A DNA stretch of 49,021 nucleotides from Spongiibacteraceae bacterium (lineage in GTDB: Bacteria > Pseudomonadota > Gammaproteobacteria > Pseudomonadales > CAMLJR01): the NCBI GenBank assembly GCA_034004805.1, contig JAVEVZ010000001.1:1-49021 (forward strand). The letters run 5' to 3'. The translations under genes and the position numbers were made by a program. The notes under the pieces are model-generated. The model was given only the letters and a program-made list of their open reading frames with translations. It did no database searches and had not been told where the DNA came from. The stretch's first letter is position 1. Each line of letters begins with the position of its first letter. Positions 22,659 through 31,622 of the stretch are shown here, in pieces.

Positions 22659-23873
22659 GTGAAAGAAATTCTTTTGATCAATGTCTCCGGTCCGGACAAG
22701 CCCGGCCTGACCTCGTCGCTGACCTCGATGCTGGCCAGCCACAGCGTCAACGTACTGGATATCGGCCAGGCGGTCATACATGACACGCTGTCGCTGGGCC
22801 TGCTGGTCGAAGTGCCGGCAGCGGCGCAGAGCGCGATGATCCTCAAGGACATTCTCTACCGCACCCACGAGTTGGGCCTGCAGGTGCGCTTCCAGCCCAT
22901 CTCGGAGAGCAGCTACAGTCTTTGGGTGGCGGGACAGGGCAAGCCGCGCCATATCGTGACGCTGCTGGCGCGCAAGATCACCGCCGAGCATATCGCCCGG
23001 GTCACGGAGATCGTCTCGGGGCAGGGGCTTAATATCGACCGCATCGAACGCCTGTCGGGGCGCATTCCGCTGGACGACCGGGCGCAGCAGCTGACCAAGG
23101 CGTGCGTGGAACTGTCGATGCGTGGCTCGCTCAGCGATGCGCAGGCATTCCGGCGCCAGTTTCTCGAGGTGGCCAGTGACCTGGGCATCGATATCGCCTA
23201 CCAGGAAGACACCATGTTCCGCCGCAACCGGCGCCTGGTGTGCTTCGACATGGACTCGACCCTGATCGATGCGGAAGTGATCGACGAACTGGCCAAGGCT
23301 GCGGGCGTGGGCGAGCAGGTGGCGGCCATCACTGAGCGGGCTATGCGCGGCGAGCTGGATTTTACCGCGAGCTTCAAGGCGCGGGTGGCCCTGCTCAAGG
23401 GCTTGCCGGAAACCGTGCTGGCCGACATAGCCGAGGGGCTGGCCATCACCGAGGGCGCGGAAACCCTGATTCGCATGCTCAAGAAGCTGGGCTACAAGAC
23501 TGCCATTCTGTCCGGCGGTTTCCAGTACTTTGGCGAGCATGTGCAGCGCCGCCTGGGGATCGACTACGTGTACGCCAACAGCCTGGAAATCGTCGACGGC
23601 AAGGTTACCGGGGAAGTCCGCGACACCGTTATCGACGGTCAGCGCAAGGCGGCGCTGCTGCGGGAGCTGGCCGAGCGGGAGGGGATTTCCCTGGAGCAGG
23701 TTATCGCGGTGGGCGACGGCGCCAACGACCTGCCCATGCTCAGCATTGCGGGCCTGGGCGTGGCGTTTCGCGCCAAGCCCATCGTGCGCAATTCGGCACA
23801 GCACGCGATTAACAATGTGGGCCTGGACAGTATTCTCTATCTGCTGGGCATCGCCGACCGCCACAGCGAATAA
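22659..23873 (+). CDS. serB: phosphoserine phosphatase with N-terminal ACT-like domains
   Basis: HAD motifs FDMDSTLI (DxDxT), SGGF and GDGANDLPML. The N-terminal half has tandem ACT-like folds (LLINVSGPDKPGLTSSLTS), as in long SerB proteins. Confidence 0.93.
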   Translation: MKEILLINVSGPDKPGLTSSLTSMLASHSVNVLDIGQAVIHDTLSLGLLVEVPAAAQSAMILKDILYRTHELGLQVRFQPISESSYSLWVAGQGKPRHIVTLLARKITAEHIARVTEIVSGQGLNIDRIERLSGRIPLDDRAQQLTKACVELSMRGSLSDAQAFRRQFLEVASDLGIDIAYQEDTMFRRNRRLVCFDMDSTLIDAEVIDELAKAAGVGEQVAAITERAMRGELDFTASFKARVALLKGLPETVLADIAEGLAITEGAETLIRMLKKLGYKTAILSGGFQYFGEHVQRRLGIDYVYANSLEIVDGKVTGEVRDTVIDGQRKAALLRELAEREGISLEQVIAVGDGANDLPMLSIAGLGVAFRAKPIVRNSAQHAINNVGLDSILYLLGIADRHSE

Positions 23874-23905
23874 CGCCTGACCTGAGGCGCGGTACCGGTG
23901 CGGGC

Positions 23906-25951
23906 TCAGGCGATATCGGTGAACTCGTAGCTCATCTCGTGTACCGGCGCCTGCAGGTAGTTGCCCTGGATGTAGTCAACGCCGAACTGCCACAGGGTGG
24001 CCATTGCCGCTGCGTTCTCGACATGGGAAATAATGGCCTTGACGCTGTGCTCCGCAATGGCGGCCACCAGCGCTTTGAGTCGGGCGGCATCGCCGCCGGG
24101 CTGCAGGCACTCCGCGGTAAAGCTGCCGTCGATCTTTGCAAAGTCCACCGTGAGCTGCTTGAGCAGTTTGGCGGGGTCCTGGCCACGGCCGAAGCGGTTG
24201 ATCGCCAGGCGACAGCCGAGATCGCGCAGGCCCTTGCCGAACTGTCTCGCCGGCTTCAGGTAGCTGACCAGATCGTCCTCGGTGAACTGCAGGATCAACG
24301 CGTCGGCGGGCAGGCCGGCGGCCTTGAGAGCCACCGCGAGCCACGGCAGCAGGGTGTCGTCCTGCATGGCGTTGGGCGTCAGGTTGATAAACAGCCGGGT
24401 GTCGTTGTCTTTGGCCCGGTGCGCCGCCAGCAGCTTGGTGGCCTCCAGGATTACCCAGCGGTCCAGGCGGGTGTTGCCAGGGTCCCTGGCGAGTTCCTGC
24501 AGCAGCTGGGTGGGCACGCTCTCCTCGCCGTTTTCGTCGCGCATGCGCAGCCGCACCTCGTAGTGCTCGCCACTGGCGCCGCGCAGACTGATGATGGGTT
24601 GGAATACGAGGACAAAACGCTGGTCCTCCAGCGCGTCGTCGAGGGCCTTGTTGATATCGCCGCCCAGTGAGAGCGTGCGTTTTTCGCGGGCTGGCGTATA
24701 CAGTGCGGCACCGCTGGTGGCGTCCTCGCGGAGCTCTTCAGCGCAGGTATAGCCACAGTCCAGCAGCCTGTCCGGGTCATCGCCGGTCTGGGCGTCCAGC
24801 GGCACGACGCCAATGGCCACGGTGACCTGTATCGACTGTCCGTTCAGCTCGACGATATGCTCTTCGATTTTCTGCGCCAGCATCTCCGCGGTGGCCAGCG
24901 CCTGTTCAGGGCTTGCGTCGCGGAGCAGGGCGCCGATGGCGTCGTCGCCACAGGCCGCCGTGTGGTGGCCCTCGCCCAGTATGTCGGCACTGAAGGCGAC
25001 CAGGTCCGCCATCAGCGCGCGCCAGCCGCTCAAACCCAGCCGACGGCGTTGCGCGACAAAATCGTTAATCCCGATATACAGCAGCGCACTACCGGTGGCG
25101 CCGCTGCTGGCCTGGCGCGCGGCGCTGGTCAGTTGCTGCAGAAAGAAACTGCTGGTCTGGGCGTGGCTGTCATCGCCGCTGACGGGTGCGTTTACTGCGG
25201 CCTCGTCGCGCACCAGCAGCTGTACGCAGCTTTCGCCTTCATAGCTCGCGCTGCTCAATAGCATCATGGCCTGGAATTCCGCGGCCCCGCCTGCAAGGCC
25301 GGTGAAGTCCAGCTGATTTTCCTGGTCGCTGTCCTGTTGTGCTTTGAGCATGGCCTTGAGGCGGTCGTGATCGCGCTCGGCGATCAGGTCGACGATCGGC
25401 ATGCAGTCCAGGTCATCGCTATCGGCAAAGCCGAAGCGCTGGGCGAACAGGGTGTTGGCATTGATTACCATGCCGTCGGAAATATAGGCGATTGCATCGC
25501 TGGATTCGGACAGCAGCAGGGCGCTGCGCTGTTCCGCCTCCTCCAGCTGCCGGATGGTGGCGTCGAGGCGCCGCTGCAGCCGGCGTCCGGCAATTTCACG
25601 CAGGGCGGCATGGATCAGTCGCGGGTGGTCTTCACTGCCGATCACGTCGCGGGCACCGCCGGCAAACAGGGGCGCGGGATCGGCATCGCTGATGGCGATG
25701 ACCGGCAGTTCGGGGCAGCGCTCCTGCAGGGCCTTGAGGGTGGCCGGTGGCTGCAGTTCGGGATGGTGGTCGTTGACGATTACCAGATCCCACTCATGGG
25801 GCTTGGCCAGATGCCCGTCCAGCTCTTCAGCGCTGCCGACACGCTGCGCACGCGCCACATGGCCGGCGTTGCGAAACAGGCTGATCAGGGCTTCGGTTTC
25901 ATTGTCCGAGCCGTTGATGAGCAATAGTCTGGTTGTGCTGCGCTTGGCCAT
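23906..25951 (-). CDS. fimX: FimX-like REC-PAS-GGDEF(degenerate)-EAL(degenerate) c-di-GMP signalling protein
   Basis: 681 aa with a receiver-like N-terminus and a PAS region. GDDAI sits where GGDEF is expected and EVR where EAL is expected (YEVRLRM). The domain order, size and position next to serB match P. aeruginosa FimX as I recall it. Confidence 0.7.
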   Translation of the reverse strand: MAKRSTTRLLLINGSDNETEALISLFRNAGHVARAQRVGSAEELDGHLAKPHEWDLVIVNDHHPELQPPATLKALQERCPELPVIAISDADPAPLFAGGARDVIGSEDHPRLIHAALREIAGRRLQRRLDATIRQLEEAEQRSALLLSESSDAIAYISDGMVINANTLFAQRFGFADSDDLDCMPIVDLIAERDHDRLKAMLKAQQDSDQENQLDFTGLAGGAAEFQAMMLLSSASYEGESCVQLLVRDEAAVNAPVSGDDSHAQTSSFFLQQLTSAARQASSGATGSALLYIGINDFVAQRRRLGLSGWRALMADLVAFSADILGEGHHTAACGDDAIGALLRDASPEQALATAEMLAQKIEEHIVELNGQSIQVTVAIGVVPLDAQTGDDPDRLLDCGYTCAEELREDATSGAALYTPAREKRTLSLGGDINKALDDALEDQRFVLVFQPIISLRGASGEHYEVRLRMRDENGEESVPTQLLQELARDPGNTRLDRWVILEATKLLAAHRAKDNDTRLFINLTPNAMQDDTLLPWLAVALKAAGLPADALILQFTEDDLVSYLKPARQFGKGLRDLGCRLAINRFGRGQDPAKLLKQLTVDFAKIDGSFTAECLQPGGDAARLKALVAAIAEHSVKAIISHVENAAAMATLWQFGVDYIQGNYLQAPVHEMSYEFTDIA

Positions 25952-25977
25952 CTGCCGCGGGCTGTCTCGTGGTTGAA

Positions 25978-27720
25978 TTAAAGGATGTCCCAGATGGCGT
26001 CGAAATCATCGCCGTTGGACGGTTCGGATCGGGCGCTGGGAATGCTTGCGAGCCGGCGGAATTCAAACTGGCTGTAGCTGCCGGTGCCGGCGATTTTGCG
26101 CGTTAATTGTACACGCGTTTCCGATCCGCGCTGCACCAGGTCGATTTTCTGACCCTCCCGGAAGCCGACGTGCGGCGTGATCAGGGTGGTGGGCTTGCAC
26201 AGCAGTTTGACCTCGGGCAGCACCAGCACCCGATGCATCTCGCCGACCTCGCCACTGCGTTGCACCACCCGCGCGCCATACGGGACGGCGCTGGGGCTCA
26301 GCAGTTCCACGCCGATATCGACGCTCTCGCCATCCAGCCGGCGCACCCAGCGGATCACCGCGATGCACCAGGCGGTGTGGTGGGGCTCGCGCAGACCGAT
26401 GATCTCCCCGGTGCGCAGCGCGGCGGGTCGGCTGGGCGGCCAGCGCAGCCGGTAGCCGCCGGGGCTGGCATTGACCGAGGTGACCGGAAAGCGCACGAAC
26501 TTGGGTTTGTCTGCGTCGCTCCTGGCGGGCTCGTGGGTGCGCACATGGTAGTCGATGGATTCGATGGATACCCGGGCCAGGCCGTAGTTGGGCTGGTAGG
26601 GGCTGTCCCACACATCCTTCTTGAGGGTTTCCTGTACGGGCTTACTGCGCAGGAACGGGTTTTCTTTTTCGACGATAAAAGGGCTGTCGTGATCGTTGCC
26701 GGTGAGCTTGCCGAAATCGATTTCACCGCCGATGAAGTGGTGGGCAGTACTGAGGCCCAGCGCGAGGTCCAGCGCCTCCGTCGACTCCAGGCGCATGAAT
26801 ATGCGTTTGCTGACCTGGCTCCAGGCCAGCACCAGGTGCGCCCGCAGGTTTCCACTGACGCTGGGGTGCTGCTGCTGTTTGACGTAGTTGGCCAGGGTCC
26901 GGGTATCGAGGAAGCGCCAGCTGGCCCCTTGGGGCGCGGTCAGCAGCTGCTGATAACTGGGGGGACGATCGGCGTCGGCATCGAAGGCGAACAGCGCGCC
27001 GGGCGCCGGCGTCTCGCTGAGGACCGCCAGGCCGCTCCATTCCCCCAGCTCCTGGTAGACCGCACTCATATCCGACTGGCGCAACTGGTTGGTTTTGGCC
27101 GCACCCATCAACAGCAGGCGCAGATAGGCCGCGGTGGGACTGTCCGCGCGATCGAGCCTGTCTTCGACCCGCAGCTGCGCGATGCCGTGCTGGTTCGCCA
27201 GCTGATAGAGCTGATGGGCATCGCGCCAGAAGCCCGGCGGCGCGGGCTGGTAGAGCTGGCTGTAGCGCAGCAGGTTGACGCCATCCACGGACAGCGCCCG
27301 CTGCAGACAGGCGGCCAGCAGCGGCCCGCGGCGGTCATTGCCGCTGTCCAGCGCGGTGCCGGCCAGGGTGTAGCCCGCGGCGAGATTGTCGAGCAGAACG
27401 CCGCATAACCGCGCCGCGCGCCAGGATGGCTCCGGCAGGATAATCGGCTGGTTCAGGTAGTGGCGCTTGAGCTGTCCCGTTACGTCGAGTATTACCGGGC
27501 GCAGCAGTTCGAGCAGTGCGATCCGGGTTTCGGCGCCCAGCCGCACCCGGTTGAGCTCGCTCCCGGCCTGCAGCAGCGCCTTGGCGCACTGGCCCAGATT
27601 GGCGCGGGGCAGCTGGTCGAGCCAGTGCGCCAGAGCCGCGGGATCGGCGCGAAATGCGCTGGGCGCATCCAGATCCTGACTGGGGAGACGGATTTTCACG
27701 GACTCGCTAAGGCTCATCAA
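25978..27720 (-). CDS. conserved hypothetical protein with PilZ-like C-terminal region
   Basis: 580 aa, directly downstream of the fimX-like gene. The C-terminal 150 aa or so have a beta-rich PilZ-like pattern including NASPGG (N-x-S-x-x-G). No clean RxxxR motif was seen. Confidence 0.6.
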   Translation of the reverse strand: MMSLSESVKIRLPSQDLDAPSAFRADPAALAHWLDQLPRANLGQCAKALLQAGSELNRVRLGAETRIALLELLRPVILDVTGQLKRHYLNQPIILPEPSWRAARLCGVLLDNLAAGYTLAGTALDSGNDRRGPLLAACLQRALSVDGVNLLRYSQLYQPAPPGFWRDAHQLYQLANQHGIAQLRVEDRLDRADSPTAAYLRLLLMGAAKTNQLRQSDMSAVYQELGEWSGLAVLSETPAPGALFAFDADADRPPSYQQLLTAPQGASWRFLDTRTLANYVKQQQHPSVSGNLRAHLVLAWSQVSKRIFMRLESTEALDLALGLSTAHHFIGGEIDFGKLTGNDHDSPFIVEKENPFLRSKPVQETLKKDVWDSPYQPNYGLARVSIESIDYHVRTHEPARSDADKPKFVRFPVTSVNASPGGYRLRWPPSRPAALRTGEIIGLREPHHTAWCIAVIRWVRRLDGESVDIGVELLSPSAVPYGARVVQRSGEVGEMHRVLVLPEVKLLCKPTTLITPHVGFREGQKIDLVQRGSETRVQLTRKIAGTGSYSQFEFRRLASIPSARSEPSNGDDFDAIWDIL

Positions 27721-27817
27721 ATGCTCGTGACAGCTGCGTGGTGACTGTTGCCGGACAGTCCTGAGTGTAGCGCCAACTTACTGAATCCTATCCATATATA
27801 AAACCCGCCCATCAACT

Positions 27818-28828
27818 TTAGCCGGGTATCGGGGTCTTGGCCGGGGCCAGCGGCTCCTCGCGCACCAGGCGGGGCATCAGGTAGCCGGGCAGGCGTGCGC
27901 GAAGCTGTGCCATCAGCGCCACGGCGCGCTGTTCCGATACCTCGAAATGGGCCGCGCCACGCACGCGGTCGAGTAGATGAAGGTAGTAGGGAAGCACGCC
28001 GTGGGCAAACAGCGCCTCACTGAGCGTGATCAGGGTCTCGCTGTTGTCGTTGACCTCGGCCAGCAGCACCGCCTGGTTGAGCAGTGGCACGCCGGCATCC
28101 CGCAGCCGCCGGCAGGCCTCGCCGACCTGGGCGTCCAGTTCCCGGGGGTGGTTGATATGCAGCACCATGACCGGCTGCAGGCGGCTGCCGGTCAGCCAGG
28201 CCAGGCAGCTGTCGTCGATCCGGTCGGGGATGACAACCGGCAGCCGGGTGTGCACCCGCAGGCGCTGGACATGGGGGATGGCGGCCAGGGCCGTCACCAG
28301 CCACTCGAGCTGGCGGTCCGGGGCCGCGAGCGGATCGCCGCCGCTGAGTATCACCTCGCTGATACTCGCGTCCCCGGCGATGTACGCCAGCGCCCGCTGC
28401 CAGTCGCGCCGTCCGGGATTGTTGGCCTCGTAGGGAAAAGCGCGGCGAAAACAGTAGCGGCAGTTGATGGCGCAGGCGCCGCTGACAATCAGCAGCACCC
28501 GGCCGTGGTATTTGTGTATCAGTCCCGGCGCGGGGTTGGCGTCGGCTTCCGCCAGCGGGTCGTCGCTGTAGCCGTCCGGACTGGTCAGCTCCAGGCCCAG
28601 CGGGAGGACCTGGCGCAGCAGCGGGTCTGCCCAGTTGCCCGGCTCAATCCGCGACAGATAGGCCTCCGGCACCCGCAGCGCGAAGTCCCGGCTGGCGGCC
28701 AGGCTCGCGGGCAGTTCTGCCGGGTCCAGGCCCAGGCGCCGGAACAGCACGGCGGGCTCGGTAATGGCGTCGCGCAATTGCGCCTGCCAGGACTGCGCCT
28801 GCCCAAGCGGCAAACTAATCGGTATCAT
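27818..28828 (-). CDS. epmB: EF-P beta-lysylation protein EpmB (lysine 2,3-aminomutase-like radical SAM)
   Basis: CAINCRYCFRR radical-SAM cluster motif, SGGDPL. It is divergent from efp, as in E. coli. Confidence 0.92.
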   Translation of the reverse strand: MIPISLPLGQAQSWQAQLRDAITEPAVLFRRLGLDPAELPASLAASRDFALRVPEAYLSRIEPGNWADPLLRQVLPLGLELTSPDGYSDDPLAEADANPAPGLIHKYHGRVLLIVSGACAINCRYCFRRAFPYEANNPGRRDWQRALAYIAGDASISEVILSGGDPLAAPDRQLEWLVTALAAIPHVQRLRVHTRLPVVIPDRIDDSCLAWLTGSRLQPVMVLHINHPRELDAQVGEACRRLRDAGVPLLNQAVLLAEVNDNSETLITLSEALFAHGVLPYYLHLLDRVRGAAHFEVSEQRAVALMAQLRARLPGYLMPRLVREEPLAPAKTPIPG

Positions 28829-28863
28829 AGGCGGCTTTTCAGACCCCAGTCAGTGAGACAACC

Positions 28864-29433
28864 ATGGCGACGTATTCTACCAACGAATTCCGCTCCGGCC
28901 TGAAGGTGATGCTGGACGGCGATCCCTGCAACATCCTGGAGAACGAATTCGTCAAGCCCGGCAAGGGCCAGGCCTTCAACCGCGTGCGCCTGCGCAACCT
29001 CAAGACCGGCCGGGTGTGGGAGCGCACCTTCAAGTCGGGGGAGAGCCTGGAGGGCGCGGACGTCATGGACCGCGAAATGCAGTACCTGTACAACGACGGC
29101 GCCGACTTCCACTTTATGGAGCCGGAAAATTTCGAGCAGTACCAGGCCAGCGCGGAACTCGTCGGCGACGCGGCCAGCTGGCTGAAGGAGCAGGACAACT
29201 GCACCGTGACCCTCTACAACGGCGTGCCGCTGGCGGTGACCCCCGCCAACTTTGTGGAGCTGGAAATCGTTGAAACCGACCCCGGTATGCGCGGCGACAC
29301 CGCCCAGGGCGGCTCCAAGCCCGCCAAGCTGGTCACCGGCGCGGTGGTCAAGGTGCCGCTGTTTCTGTCGGAAGGCGAGGTGATCCGCGTCGATACCCGC
29401 ACCGGCGAATACGTCAGCCGCGCGCGGGACTGA
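28864..29433 (+). CDS. efp: elongation factor P
   Basis: [22 protein letters not shown] and the loop VKPGKGQAF carrying the modifiable Lys (Lys-type EF-P, consistent with EpmAB). Confidence 0.97.
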   Translation: MATYSTNEFRSGLKVMLDGDPCNILENEFVKPGKGQAFNRVRLRNLKTGRVWERTFKSGESLEGADVMDREMQYLYNDGADFHFMEPENFEQYQASAELVGDAASWLKEQDNCTVTLYNGVPLAVTPANFVELEIVETDPGMRGDTAQGGSKPAKLVTGAVVKVPLFLSEGEVIRVDTRTGEYVSRARD

Positions 29434-29435
29434 CC

Positions 29436-30386
29436 CTGGACTGGCGCCCCACTGCGGAGCTTGCGGTACTGCGCCGCCGCGCCGAGGCGCTGGCGGCAGT
29501 CCGCCGCTTCTTTGCCGAGCGCGATGTGCTCGAAGTCGAAACGCCCTGCCTGGCCGACTGCCCGGTCACCGACCCGAATATCGAGGCCTATGCCTGCGCG
29601 GACGGCTACCTGCAGACCTCCCCTGAATACGCCATGAAACGCCTGCTGGCCGCCGGCAGCGGGCCCATCTGGCAGCTCGCCCGGGTATTTCGCCAGGGCG
29701 AGCGCGGTGCGCGTCACAACCCCGAGTTCTCGCTGCTGGAGTGGTACCGGCCGGACTTTGCCTTGCAGCAGCTGATCGCCGAGGTCGCAGACCTGGTGCG
29801 CTATCTGCTGGGTTGCCTGCGCGGCGCGTCGCCGGCAGCGGCGCTGCCGTTGCAGGTGGTCAGCTACCGCGAGATTTTTGGCGACGCGCTGGGGCTTGAT
29901 CCGCATCGGGCCACGGCGGCCCGGCTCGAAGCCGTCGCGCGCAGTCATATCGACATCCAGATGCACAGCGACGACCCCGACGACTGGCGCGACCTGTTGA
30001 TGAGCCATGTGGTCGAGCCCGCGTTGCCCGTCGATGAACTGGTCGCCGTGTGCGACTACCCGGCCAGCCAGGCGGCGCTCGCGCAGGTGGTTCGGGACGC
30101 CACCGGGGCGGAGGTCGCGGCGCGCTTTGAGCTGTACTACCGGGGCATGGAGCTGGCCAATGGCTACCACGAGTGCCGCGATCCACAGGCCCTTCGGCGG
30201 CGTTTTGAGCGGGATCTCGGCAAGCGCGCGGCGCGCGGCCAGAGCCTGCCACCGATCGATGAACAACTGCTGGCCTCCACCCCGTTTATGCCCGACAGCT
30301 GCGGCGTGGCGCTGGGCTTCGACCGGCTGCTGATGCTGGTGCTGGACCTGCCTCGCATCGACGACGTGATTCCCTTTCCGCGCTGA
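29436..30386 (+). CDS. epmA: EF-P-lysine lysyltransferase EpmA (GenX/PoxA); start codon non-canonical or unresolved
   Basis: Class II aaRS-like core (LEVETP, LQTSPEYAMKRLLA, FRQGERGARHNPEFSLLEWY, GVALGFDRL). Conserved N-terminal residues WRPTAELAVLRRRAEALAAVRRFFAERD lie upstream of the first in-frame GTG (29526) and no ATG/GTG/TTG precedes them. The CTG at 29436 is my best guess for the start. Confidence 0.85.
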   Translation: MDWRPTAELAVLRRRAEALAAVRRFFAERDVLEVETPCLADCPVTDPNIEAYACADGYLQTSPEYAMKRLLAAGSGPIWQLARVFRQGERGARHNPEFSLLEWYRPDFALQQLIAEVADLVRYLLGCLRGASPAAALPLQVVSYREIFGDALGLDPHRATAARLEAVARSHIDIQMHSDDPDDWRDLLMSHVVEPALPVDELVAVCDYPASQAALAQVVRDATGAEVAARFELYYRGMELANGYHECRDPQALRRRFERDLGKRAARGQSLPPIDEQLLASTPFMPDSCGVALGFDRLLMLVLDLPRIDDVIPFPR

Positions 30387-30414
30387 TCCGCCGGCGCGAC
30401 TCCCTCCTGTCCGG

Positions 30415-30439
30415 GGAACCTTCCTCCACAGCCGCCGTA
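30415..30439 (+). promoter_or_regulatory. ECF-type promoter P1 (GGAAC-N16-CGTA)
   Basis: GGAAC CTTCCTCCACAGCCGC CGTA. The -10 element ends 52 nt before the ATG of the GSP26-like gene. Confidence 0.7.
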
Positions 30440-30491
30440 GGTCAAGCAGAGCCTTTATTGGCATGTATCACAAACGGTAGTGAGGTGAGTT

Positions 30492-30980
30492 ATGGCGCAC
30501 AAATCCGAAGACCAGGAAGTGTGGGACCTTATCAAGGACGCCCAGGTCGGGATGCTGATAACCCGCGACGGGCGCAGCCTGCGCGCGCGTCCCATGCAGC
30601 TGGTGCAGAAGAACTACGAGGGCAAGATCTGGTTTTTTACCCGGGTCGCCTCGGAAAAAGTGCTGGAGGCGCTGGGGGAAGACGTCGTGTGCCTGACTTT
30701 CTCTGAACCCAGGCACAATACCTATGTTTCCCTGTCCGGCGTTGCCCGCCTGTCCTATGACCGCAAACTGATGGACGGGCTGTGGAACTCCTTTACCAAT
30801 GCCTGGTTTCCCGAGGGAGTGGAGTCGCCCGATGTCGCCTTGCTGGAAATCGAGGTGTACCAGGGGGAGTACTGGAAACCGGACGAGAACAAAATTCTCC
30901 GCGCCTATGAGCTGGCCAAGGCCAACTACAGGCACCAGCTGCCCGACATAGGCAAGAATCAGAAATTCGATCGCCACTGA
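30492..30980 (+). CDS. pyridoxamine 5'-phosphate oxidase-fold general stress protein (GSP26-like)
   Basis: 162 aa. VWDLIKDAQVGMLITRDGRSLRARPM...GKIWFFT resembles the YdaG/GSP26 PNPOx-like family. Confidence 0.8.
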   Translation: MAHKSEDQEVWDLIKDAQVGMLITRDGRSLRARPMQLVQKNYEGKIWFFTRVASEKVLEALGEDVVCLTFSEPRHNTYVSLSGVARLSYDRKLMDGLWNSFTNAWFPEGVESPDVALLEIEVYQGEYWKPDENKILRAYELAKANYRHQLPDIGKNQKFDRH

Positions 30981-30986
30981 CCACCG

Positions 30987-31019
30987 CCGGCAGCGGCACG
31001 CACCGCTGCCGGTGCTTTT
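30987..31019 (+). terminator. rho-independent terminator
   Basis: CCGGCAGCGG-CACGCA-CCGCTGCCGG followed by TGCTTTT, 7 nt after the stop codon. Confidence 0.8.
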
Positions 31020-31130
31020 CTGCAACCTGTCAGTCCCACCGTTGCCGGTGCCGGTCGCCGGCCCGCGCCCGACTGTCGCGCCAATTGCTGCTAGACTTTC
31101 CGCCAGTTTATCGCGCACAGGCCGCTCACT

Positions 31131-31589
31131 ATGGACTGGTTGGACCAGCATATTCTGTATTGGCATTGGATCATTCTGGGTCTGGTGCTGTGCGCGGCCG
31201 AAATCTTCGTGCCGACATTTTTCATACTGTGGTTCGGCATCAGCGCGGTGGTGGTGGGACTGGTCACCTGGGCCGTGCCGCTGACCTTTACCTGGCAGCT
31301 GGCGGCCTGGATCAGCCTGACGATTGTTGATCTGTTGATCTGGCAGCGCTATGTCAGTCCGCGCATTCGCGACAAGACCCGCTCCGGCATGGCGCTGGAA
31401 GCCATGCTGGGCCAGGAGGCTACCGTGCTGGAGCACAGGCCTGAACAGCAGCGCGGCCGCCTGCGATTTGCGGCGCCTCTGCTGGGCAGCGACGAGTGGA
31501 CCTATATCTGCACCCAGGAAACCCGCGCCGGTGACCGGGTTCGCGTCACGGGTTTTTCCGGCAATACCCTGATTGTTGAAAAGCGCTGA
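31131..31589 (+). CDS. NfeD-family membrane protein
   Basis: 152 aa with 3 TM helices and a C-terminal OB-like soluble domain (GRLRFAAPLLGSDEWTYICTQETRAGDRVRVTGFSGNTLIV). It is paired with a downstream SPFH gene. Confidence 0.8.
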   Translation: MDWLDQHILYWHWIILGLVLCAAEIFVPTFFILWFGISAVVVGLVTWAVPLTFTWQLAAWISLTIVDLLIWQRYVSPRIRDKTRSGMALEAMLGQEATVLEHRPEQQRGRLRFAAPLLGSDEWTYICTQETRAGDRVRVTGFSGNTLIVEKR

Positions 31590-31622
31590 GTCACCGGGCG
31601 CACACACCGAGGAAGACTGTCA

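Noticed and set aside
22440-23864. 474-aa minus-strand ORF opposite serB
   Set aside because: It is an antisense shadow of serB, whose DxDxT HAD motifs are in the plus frame.
26107-30464. Long ORFs antisense to the 580-aa protein, epmB and epmA (26107-27408 +, 27977-28903 +, 29214-30464 -)
   Set aside because: All lie opposite genes with clear family motifs. Their composition is Arg/Gly/Ala/Gln-rich and no motifs are present.
30468-31607. 379-aa minus-strand ORF spanning the GSP26-like and NfeD genes
   Set aside because: It crosses a plus-strand terminator and two well-supported plus-strand genes, so it is a shadow ORF.
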